From Azolla caroliniana (taxonomy: Eukaryota; Plantae; Polypodiophyta): a stretch of 10,145 nt of DNA. Under the pieces are notes generated by a model. The model did not search any database. It saw only the letters and a list, made by a program, of their open reading frames with translations, and was not told where the DNA came from. The DNA lies in NCBI GenBank assembly GCA_043228905.1, contig JBHGNT010001297.1, positions 1 through 10,145 of the forward strand, in the 5' to 3' direction. Positions 1 to 9,000 of the stretch are shown here, one piece after another (positions within the stretch are counted from its first letter, which is position 1; each line of letters opens with the position of its first letter). A program made the position numbers and the translations under genes.

Positions 1-8
1 AACAAATC
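1..8 (-). CDS. Start of DUF707 coding exon 5 (D-L-...), running off the window
   Basis: gcgCAG acceptor at 11-9, then GAT TTG TT, supplying the DL expected after RRLWGKPEE; no other matching exon seen in 9-1429. Confidence 0.65.
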
Positions 9-2116
9 CTGCGCCATGCAAGCATTTAAGCAAACCACATTATTATATGATATATCAACCACAGATTTCTCTTGACCAAAGCATGAGTACTCCTTTTTAA
101 GACAACAAAATGCAACAACAACAAAAAAAAAAACATGCATTTGCATACGCATATGTTAAGAACCCACAACAAATTAGATGTTCTCTACCATCTAAATATC
201 AATGATAAGAGGGAGATGCATGTTTTCTATCATACTCGAAGCTTTTATATTCATGCTGACTAGCACAAGGAACCATACTAAGGTCACAAGCTTACAATGA
301 TGATCTTTTGCTATAAGAAGAGGAGAGAGAAAATCTACAAATTGTCATACATTTTTCTGATTACATGTGGACTAACTTCACCACACTTTTCCATGACATA
401 GTGCAGTCCAAACTAAGATAATTCCAAATGTCCATCATGATTTGAGTTAAACAATTTCTTTTGTCTCCTAACTATATCTCCGAGCGGAGAACTGCCTATC
501 TCCATTTATCAATAGCCTAGAAACTAAGATAATTCCAAATGTCCATCATGATTTGAGTTAAACAATTTCTTTTGTCTCCTAACTATATCTCCGAGCGGAG
601 AACCGCCTATCCCCATTTATCAATAGCCTAGAAACTAAGATAATTCCAAATGCCCATCATGATTTGAGTTAAACAATGTCTTTTATGTCGCCTAACAATA
701 TCTCCAAGCGAAGAAGAACCGTATATCCCCATTTATCAATAGCCTAGAAACTAAGATAATTCCAAATGTCCATCATGATTTGAGTAATGTCTTTTATGTC
801 GCCTAACAATATCACCAAGCGAAGAAGAACCGTATATCCCCATTTATCAATCGCCTAGAAACATTCTCCATAGCTCATGATAACATTTGCAATTCTCTCA
901 CAAATCATAATCAAAGAATATAAGCACCAAACCCACATATCAGAATGTAATGTTTCAATAGCCCTTCATTGTGTCTCGTTCAAGAACTCAATGGTCAAAA
1001 GCAAAGGAAGTTGGAACAAGTTGCTACTAGAGAACGCATGTTGATACCAACATAGTTTCTCAGGACAGTGCAATCAGCATTTGGGCCTTATGCATGAATC
1101 TGAGTTTTTTTTTATCAAAAATGGATCAAATTCATGCAGCTGATAAGTGCTCCAAAGGGTAGAAAATTCAGAATTCCTGGTGAGAACAAATTATTTGAAA
1201 GTTCTCTATTGATCATTATAAAATAGACTATCATTACACCCACAAAAGCTTATTCTCGTATGCCCTCCTCTTGTGATTCGTTATTCACCATTCCTTTAAC
1301 TGCTATCTATTAATAAAGATCTACAGCGTGACATGAAAAATTCCTTGAAAGGGCTATCAATATTCACTTCCTAAGGTTAACTTGACAATAACAATAATAA
1401 TAGATATGGATTATTCAAAAGTCCAAAACCTCTTCTGGCTTTCCCCACAACCTTCGCATGTATAAATCTGTCTCAGGGACAATTATCTTTGGGGGTAGAA
1501 GCTCTGCTCCACGTGTATAGTTTTGATAAACAACCTGCAATGGATTGGATTATGGGAGAAACGTTATCCTATTATTAGTGCAATGGAAATGTGTGTGTGC
1601 CTCCATAACATTATTGATTATGATGAAGAAATTCCAAATAAGCACAAACCACAGGAGGAGGGCATATTGAGTGGTGTTTTTTGGAGGCTTCCATTTGAAT
1701 TGCATTCTTTCTAAACAAATTAAACAGGCCATTCTGCAAATGCCCAAAACAAAAAAAACAGAAGGCACAAATCAATTTCTTGCTGAAATAAAAAGGCAGG
1801 TGTCATATATTCATTGATATCAGCCACTGCATTAATAGTAGAAGTGGGTGCCATTATTGTTCATTTGTGTTGTTTTGCAAAAAGGTTTTGATTTGTGAAG
1901 GGTTTCCAAAGTTTTACTCTTGTGTATGCAATTCCAATATACACGCCAAATGATATTCCAAGGACTGTGGTAACAAGAAGCTTTATCATTTCATTGGTCT
2001 TCTTACAACAAGCTCTGCAGATCATTCAAGAAATACATACTTTTAACTTTTACAATCTTCAGCATCTCAGAAAGTTTGTGAATAGAAGAAAATACTTATG
2101 TATGTGTAAGCATGTA

Positions 2117-2152
<36 letters not shown>

Positions 2153-2303
2153 GTGTATGAGTCTATGCATGCGTGTAATGTAAGTATGTATGGGTAACAC
2201 ATCTTTTTATTAGGATTGCATTGCATTCACGAGGAGCTAATTCTAAGCATGAGAACAGAAGCAGATGAAGGCTTAACCTTGAACCAAATTTGTCACATTT
2301 CAT
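1..2303 (-). CDS. DUF707 family protein (putative Golgi type-II membrane, glycosyltransferase-like), 3'-partial; join(2303-2278, 2014-1918, 1733-1650, 1534-1430, 8-<1); alternative in-frame ATG at 2318
   Basis: Spliced translation: MKCDKFGSR ACCKKTNEMIKLLVTTVLGISFGVYIGIAYTR NGLFNLFRKNAIQMEASKKHHSICPPPV VVYQNYTRGAELLPPKIIVPETDLYMRRLWGKPEE DL... The block RGAELLPP-I---E-D-Y-RRLWG-P-EDL and the N-terminal KxNE-MxLxVTT--G--FG--IG transmembrane segment match my recollection of plant DUF707 proteins. All junctions are GT-AG and in phase. Confidence 0.87.
410..862. repeat. Tandem repeat, 4 copies of a ~111-bp unit (410-520, 521-631, 632-747, 748-858, plus aaac), in DUF707 intron 4
   Basis: Each unit starts aaactaagataattccaaatg and ends catttatcaat(a/c)gcctag; lengths 111, 111, 116 and 111 bp. 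Confidence 0.97.
1430..1534 (-). CDS. DUF707 coding exon 4 (VVYQNYTRGAELLPPKIIVPETDLYMRRLWGKPEE)
   Basis: Acceptor ttgCAG at 1537-1535, donor GAG|GTTTTG at 1429; 105 nt; family-diagnostic motif. Confidence 0.9.
1650..1733 (-). CDS. DUF707 coding exon 3, variable stem region (NGLFNLFRKNAIQMEASKKHHSICPPPV)
   Basis: U-rich tract plus ttgCAG acceptor at 1736-1734, donor GTG|GTTTGT at 1649; 84 nt, phase 0-0, stop-free; no conserved motif. Confidence 0.6.
1918..2014 (-). CDS. DUF707 coding exon 2, signal-anchor helix (ACCKKTNEMIKLLVTTVLGISFGVYIGIAYTR)
   Basis: Acceptor ctgCAG at 2017-2015; AGA|GTAAAA at 1917 is the only GT after the helix and before an in-frame TGA at 1863-1861; the 3' boundary is less certain. 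Confidence 0.8.
2122..2150. repeat. (TA)14 microsatellite in DUF707 intron 1
   Basis: Perfect dinucleotide run. Confidence 0.95.
2278..2303 (-). CDS. DUF707 coding exon 1 (MKCDKFGS-R; MLCRG extension if ATG 2318 is used)
   Basis: ATG at 2303-2301, donor AG|GTTAAG at 2277; phase 2 matches the next exon. Confidence 0.7.
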
Positions 2304-2329
2304 GCCCCTGCAGAGCATTTTACCTCCAT
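2300..2329 (-). promoter_or_regulatory. Candidate uORF MEVKCSAGA* whose TGA overlaps the DUF707 ATG (ATGA)
   Basis: ATG at 2329-2327 (+4 G), 9 codons, TGA at 2302-2300 overlapping ATG 2303-2301; function unproven. Confidence 0.4.
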
Positions 2330-2417
2330 CAAACTCCTTTTCCTTGTGATTCTAGAGAGAGGAAGAATAGAAAATCAGGAGCACATAAAAGGTCAGAGGG
2401 GGTAGGATCGAGGGTCC

Positions 2418-2423
2418 CACGTG
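2418..2423. promoter_or_regulatory. G-box CACGTG upstream of the DUF707 start
   Basis: Exact palindromic hexamer about 115 nt upstream of ATG 2303; a single hexamer is weak evidence. Confidence 0.25.
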
Positions 2424-2449
2424 AATGAATGAATGAATGAGTGAATGAA
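2422..2449. repeat. (TGAA)4 TGAG (TGAA)2 microsatellite upstream of the DUF707 start
   Basis: Seven tetramer units with one variant. Confidence 0.85.
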
Positions 2450-4586
2450 GGTAAAAGCGAAGTTTGTGTTACTCAGACATAACGGAATTGTCGGCCTCAG
2501 GCAGAAGCAGAACAAAACAAAAACAGAAAAAAAAAAAACATGGAAACAGAACAGAACAGGACATAGTAAGGGAAAATTACAAAAGTAGGCCTCTTCATAT
2601 ACATACAAACACAAAATGTATGTATAATTATATATATTACCATGCCCCTCTTTGTCTAAAATGTGAATGCATTCAAATTCGATGTGGCCTCTCATCAAAT
2701 TTGGGCTCCTTGTAGATGATAAGCATTCTATTTTACTCTTTGAAATGTGTCATATTTTGACTCAATTTTTTTGTAAATATATTATCTGTACAGTGAAGGA
2801 GATTATATGTTTAATTAGTGTCCCGGATATATGTTTGATTGATGGTTCTTTGTCATGACCGTGTGTATAACGTTAGGGAGTCATCGATAGAGGCACCAAT
2901 TTCTTGGGCAACCATATGGCTTCTTACGTTCTCCACAACTATGGCATTGACAATGTGCATTAGGGTCTCATTGTATATATATTACTACCAATACTTTGAA
3001 AAGTTCAAACATCCCAATCAACAATCCGATATACTTGTTACATTCGATCAAAACAGATTTCATAAATATCCTCGACTCAGATATTTGATGGAAATTGATT
3101 AAACTTGATCAAAGGAACTTGTGAATCACATCATACCTTATTGCTGGCATTGCCTAAACATAATTAGGTTAGATTGATCCATTTCATTGTTAAAATCATA
3201 GAGAACTTAACTCATCAATTAGAAGCTTATGAAAGTTGTAAGCTCGATCAAGTCTTAGGATTGTACTAATCCATCATCAATTTATGTGAACTAGCTCTTC
3301 ATCATAACAGATTAAATAAAGCTTTTCGATGCAATTAACTACTTTTAGCATACTAGTAATGATCACACATGATTGGACATATCATGCCACCTTAATGTTT
3401 AAATAAGGTCACATCTCATTACCACATATTAATTAGCTTTGTCAATTCATAAATTTCATTGCTCACTTAGAAATTCAATTAGATAGGAGAAGATTATGTT
3501 TTTGAGAGGAAAGCGAGCTTAATGTCGCATAAATGAACCTTCACAACAAGATATCGTACAATGTGATGAAGTGCCACTTTCTGATGAACTATGATTTTAT
3601 TCATAAAGACATGAATGAAAAGTGGGGGAAATACTTAGTTATACATAAGCTTGTGATGAAGTTCTATATCAGATCGATTACCTTGGGAATATGAAATAAT
3701 TGTATATATTTTCTTTTTATAAGAAGACTCAAGCACGTATGTAAACAAACAAAAAGCAAAAAATGAAACATAGGCTCCTATATCTACAATAAATTCTCTT
3801 CTCCAAACACTAGATCTTCACGATTTGAGATTTAGTCAATTAAAAATGATATTTGCGTTCGCCAATTGGGGAAGTACTGTTGACTTATTGAAGAACTTAT
3901 TTTGGCATGTATGGGCTCAAAGCCCCACTTTTTCAATCACATTTTCCTTGCTTGTAATGTTGTCTGACATGATGGTGTGGGCAAGAAATTGTGATGCAAT
4001 CTTTGGATATAAATTTGGTTTGCCTACACTTGGAGCTAGATTGATTTGCATGCAATTGGGTTAGGGTTCAACATAAATTTCATTGGTTACAATTTCTATC
4101 CGATTGCCACAGCATGTTGATTAGTTGTTTGATCCACATGTTTTGTGACATAACGAAGAAAACTTGATATACTTTATTTATCTCATGAACAATGAAGCTT
4201 GATTTGTTTTTTTACCACATAAAGAACAAGAATTCAATGCATTTTTACCACATGGCAACACATGAACCTATATCCACATGAAGATTTAAACCAAATTCTC
4301 TACATTGTCTCTATCTTGCATATATGTATCTACTATGAAAGATGCTGTTATGAATTCATGGCCAGTGTTGAAGACTGCTGGGTATAAATTTAACAATTTT
4401 TTGCTCCAAATGATAAAGTACACTTCCATCCACATTGTGTCGAAAATTCCTGACTATACATTTTAACCCTTAGTTCTAGCCATGGGTTTGTTCCCCTATT
4501 TCTTGCTTGGGATTATGTTATCATATTCATTGTCTTAAAGATAGTCGCTTATGTATACATTTTGTGGATGATGTTATGATTGCATG

Positions 4587-4829
4587 CTTATTATGTTTAA
4601 GTTTACTAAGCATACATATTGTGCTTAAGCCTAAGGGGTGTTTCCTGTGTTTTCTTGTTTGGGATGTATTAGCCAATAGTAGATTCACAATCTCAGCAAA
4701 CTGCTGCTGTCTCTGCCCCCATCCTCTTCACATTGCCCATAGATCGTGAAATGATGATGAAAATCGAAGCAAATCCAGGACTCCCCAAGGAAATTCTTAT
4801 TATGTTGAAGTTTACTGAGCATACATATT
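4587..4829. repeat. 34-bp direct repeat pair (4587-4620 and 4796-4829)
   Basis: cttattatgtt(t/g)aagtttact(a/g)agcatacatatt, 32/34 identical. Confidence 0.9.
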
Positions 4830-5930
4830 ATGAAATGTTGAAGCAAATGAAACAAATTCCACACTCCCCAATGAGACTTTAAGATTCAAAGCTCCTGAAA
4901 TGATGAAACAAATCGAGAGCTTTTAATGCGTACCTAGTGCAGAATAATCCACAAGCTGAAAGTCTATCATGTCAAAAAAAAACAAGGAAACAACACTGAA
5001 GTTGCTTTCATTGTCGAGGGCAATGCAGATCCTGAGACCACAGATTTTCATGAATCCGACAAATGGAAGAAACAAAGTTTGCGGCTTCAATCACAGTCAA
5101 AAGCTATGAATGATTCACATACAAGTTGTGAATCTGGGAAGCCTGATAAATTTTTTGGACAAAGCTACGATGATCCATATGGTCGCTGTCATGATGTTTC
5201 AAATCAGGTAGTACCCTGCTCTTGTGAAAGGATGATGGTTGCCTAAAGATTCAAACATCAAAATATAATATAGAGTAATGTGTCGTTTGTTATATTACTG
5301 ACAATAATGTCATCTTTTGAAGCAATGCCCCAATGATATTGAAATGTTATCATATACATCAATGCCCCAATGCTACAAATTCACAAAGCAGTGAAAAGAG
5401 ATTGGATGAAAGGAAACAAATTAGAGCAAGTTACATTTATAGGGATCTCAGATTTCCCCTCTTAAAGTATGTGTTTTCTGAACAAAGAGCTTACACTAGT
5501 TAGTAGAAAAAGCAAGGAAAAAGAGAGCGAGATCCTTGTTGAAGATGATGTGAAACTCTTATGTTTGTCGGAATGTACAAATGGGCTGTTTCCGGAAACT
5601 GCAATTTGATTTGAACCTTCAAATAAAAGAAACTAGTCAGAATGTACTTGAAAGAATGACAAGGAAAGATGCGACATCTCTTGATTGGCCACGAGTTTTT
5701 TGCACACTAACCCAGGCAGGATTAGTTACTCTAGAGGAAATTTTGTGTCATCAGGCATCATTATACGATGAAAGCATTCATGGATTGACCCACTCTCATT
5801 CTACCTCTCGCAGATGTACACTGTATCATCCACATATTGCTTGTACCAATGGTCCCTATAAAATCTACTTTTGATCACATCCCAATTACATGGCGTAGAG
5901 CTACTGGTTTAGGTACAATTTAATTTTTCC

Positions 5931-5936
5931 TTTATT
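5931..5936 (-). terminator. Candidate polyadenylation near-upstream element (AATAAA) of the protease gene
   Basis: AATAAA on the minus strand about 140 nt downstream of the stop; the motif is common by chance in AT-rich DNA. Confidence 0.3.
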
Positions 5937-6076
5937 TTATCATATATTCTATATGATTCTCACCTACATGTTAACTTTCAGTATCATAGGTCACCTGGCC
6001 TTTTTGAGACATCAATATATAGTATTATGGGTGCAATAAAAGTATATACAAGTGTGGGCACTATAAATACACAGCA

Positions 6077-6093
6077 TTACGGGTCTATAGCAC
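6077..6093 (-). CDS. Aspartic protease probable terminal coding exon (C-A-I-D-P-stop)
   Basis: Acceptor tgCAG at 6096-6094 followed by GT, which completes the conserved last Cys codon (T|GT); TAA at 6079-6077; 135-nt intron. Confidence 0.65.
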
Positions 6094-9000
6094 CTGCATA
6101 ATCTATTTTAAGAAAACTACAAATTATGCTTATGTATGTATGTATTAGACATTTAAAACATGCTTGTAGCAATCAAAATGTAAATTTTGTTAGAATTTTA
6201 AAGAACATTCACATTATTGGAAACTTACAATCATAATCAACCCAGCCTATTCTTTGATTTTCAAGGTCATAAACAACAATTTTATCCTTCAATACTATAT
6301 CTGCACAGCAACAAAATTGGCATCGTGATTGAGAGAGAGAGAGAGAGAGAGAGAGATTAACGTCTTTTAAAATGCCAGAATGACCTATAAGATCAAAAAG
6401 TAGATTACTCATTTACCTCCAAGTATTGTTAAAATTGAATTGCTATTCTCCGCTGTACTATGCCACCCGATGCACCACGTGTGAACATTCACCTGAAATG
6501 TTTTTCATGACAAAGAAAAAACGATAGTTGAGATAAAGACTAAATGGTGTGCAAAAAAGGGTTCACATTTCGAGATTGGGTAAAAGTTTTTCGAATAAAT
6601 CTTTTTAACCCTGAAATGTTTATTTTGTCATTATCTGTTTTTCATTGATTGTTTACACATCGCACATGCGACGTAGACTTACCCTTTCTGCTTTCCGGAT
6701 GAGATAATGGCTGCCCTTAAGTTTCATATCTGCCCCCTCAAAATGGAGAGTTATTATAGGAAAGTCATCATCAACACTGTCCAAAAAGAGGGGGAAGAAG
6801 ATTTCTTTTAATAGTGCATACATTTTTTTCTTTAAAATTTAGATTTATCATCGCTCTGTAGATGCTCTTCTTTCATTTTTTAGGGGCCTTCAAAAGCATT
6901 TCTCAAGACTTTGTATGTGTTTTCTGGACCCAAAAATGTTCAAAATATCACTTGATGAAAGGGGTCAAGAGGAAATAGGTAATGTAGAAAAATAACCTAT
7001 GAAAAATAAAGAATCAAAAACAAAAGAAACTAGCCCAAGGTCTAGTAAGGACAAAGAAAATGGATGTTGTGTCAGACAGCAGAGAACAGCATGGCCATCA
7101 ATCGAAGAATTCAGAATATCTAAAGGATCAATCAAAAGCTGATATTAATAATCTATCATATGTACACTATGATTCTCATATCTGAACTACAATAAAATTT
7201 TCGTTCTTTCTTTTTCTTGTAGTGAGTGATGCTGATACTCATCCTCAAATCTACTGATCTCCTTGATCTTTGCTTTTAATTGGCATTAGGCTGATGGCAT
7301 GTGATTGGGTGAGTCCCATCATTTCCTTAGAAGGGCACTAACATATTGGTTGGGTTTGTGTAAGAGTGCAATAAGTATTACTGCAATTCTTTGTTCCATT
7401 TGGCTATTGTAGTCACTGATAAGATTTATAGAGCTCAAGAGGAATGGACTAGATTTCTACTATCAGATGTTGAATTGCAGGATATTTTCCAACCTTTTCC
7501 AGAAGTAACTGTGTATCATAAAACTTCATATGACCTCCATAATGATGATGATAGTGAGGCTGGTGAATGTATGCGAGTATTGACCAAGACAATATTACTG
7601 TCTTGAATTGTTTTATAGACGAAGTTATGTGTGTATGTACGCACTCACATGCATATCCATTTCATTATGACGCATAAATTTGCTTTTTTCACCTGCCAGA
7701 ATAAATAAAGCATGTTTCTCCTGGCTGAGAGACCTGATAAGCCTCAGAAGGCGCCCCTTTGATTATCTATCAAACAAAATTATTGGTTTAGTGTCAAAAA
7801 ACACAATGATAAAAGAATGTGTACTTGTTTAACTAAAGTTTTGATCACAACACATCCAGCAATTACATAAACCATGATTAGTTCAGTGAACATTCAAAAA
7901 ACACAGCTATAAGAGAATATGTACTTTTTATATAAAATTTTAGATCACAACACATACAGCGGATACAACTGAGGTGTACACTGGCTCCATAAGGTATGCA
8001 AGTGATGTCCCACTATCGAAGATCGTTCCGTGTACATTTGTAGTAGCATATGCTGAAGACTTTAACATAAATTCCACACCATTTACAGATATTCCTTTTA
8101 AATTGACATTGTAATGTGTCCTGTAATATTACGATGACTCAAAAAAGATCATTTAATTAATATCATGAACTTTGTAGTAAGTAAAAGCCTTTAAAAGTGA
8201 AGTATAGTTGGCTTTGATGAGATGCAATATTTCAACTCACCGTGAAGAAATTATAGGAGTAAACACCAACTGAGGATCCATAACATTGCCCAATACAAGA
8301 ACACCACCTCCTTTTTCAGATCCTTGTAGACAATGTGCAAATACTCCAGGGGTCAGTCCTTGCATATAGAGTTGAGAAATAATTGATAGCTTACTCTGCC
8401 CAAAACCCATTATTCCATCCACTACACTCTGCCCCGTTAATAAGTTCCCAGATTGATTGAATCCACAACTGGAAGAAGCAGCATCGATTCCAGCACAAAC
8501 CAACAAAATAACAAAATAATAATTAGAAATCATTTTTGTTACAAAAATTTAAGATCTGCACATGCACCATTTTAGATAATCCAGCACGTATAAAGTTTTA
8601 GATTTTCCTTTATATGTGAAGGATTTTCTACATGGGGTTCTAAAAATCACTAGTATCAAATATTTGAATTTTGCAATAAAGCTACTTAAAGAAGATAATG
8701 TCTTTACCCAAACACTATTTTTGCATCTGTATTGACCTGTGACTTGTTTGATTGAAGTGCTCTATACATGAAAGTGTCTTCAATTAAATAGCCAGTCGTA
8801 CTACTTTTATCCCCATACTGAAAACTATAGCCACAATAGTTCTCATAACAACGAGTATTCACAATTTTTGATCCACTATCACAAATCGGATCATCGCATG
8901 ATATTGGAGAGCTTGTTTGAGAGTGGGGATCATAAGATACTATGATCATCTGTAAACAAAAGAGGACAACTCAGCTATATAACAATAAAACCTCATTAAA

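Noticed and set aside
413-616. 30-aa mini-ORFs (M[E/G]IG[S/G]SPLGDIVRRQKKLFNSNHDGHLELS*) on the minus strand of repeat copies 1 and 2
   Set aside because: They are intronic, have no recognisable motif, and are frameshifted in copies 3 and 4.
410-862. CRISPR-like appearance of the regularly spaced repeat
   Set aside because: The whole unit is repeated with no unique spacers, there are no cas genes, and the context is a plant intron.
2436-2449. aatgagtgaatga resembles a conserved loop-proximal segment of miR159/319 precursors
   Set aside because: No mature miR159/319 sequence is nearby on either strand, and the match is explained by the TGAA microsatellite.
1523-2858. ORF-track ORFs at 1523, 1550, 1895, 2216, 2393, 2464 and 2667
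   Set aside because: They are antisense or wrong-frame shadows of the DUF707 exons, or run through microsatellites and low-complexity tracts (IYIYIY, FIHSFIHS, poly-K); several lack an ATG.
2851-3500. Possible LTR or TE remnant starting TGTCATGACC
   Set aside because: I found no second LTR, PBS, PPT, TIR or target-site duplication; it would need a repeat-library search.
3825-4110. 79-aa plus ORF, with a largely open frame on the opposite strand
   Set aside because: It starts with TTG, has no recognisable motif, and the minus frame is interrupted by stops; compatible with chance or very old TE debris.
5323-5372. 13-bp direct repeat caatgccccaatg (5323-5335 and 5360-5372)
   Set aside because: It encloses only 24 bp, too little for an element with a TSD; likely a local slippage duplication.
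7391-7606. 71-aa plus-strand ORF inside the 916-nt protease intron
   Set aside because: TTG start, no motif, antisense and intronic; no support for a nested gene.
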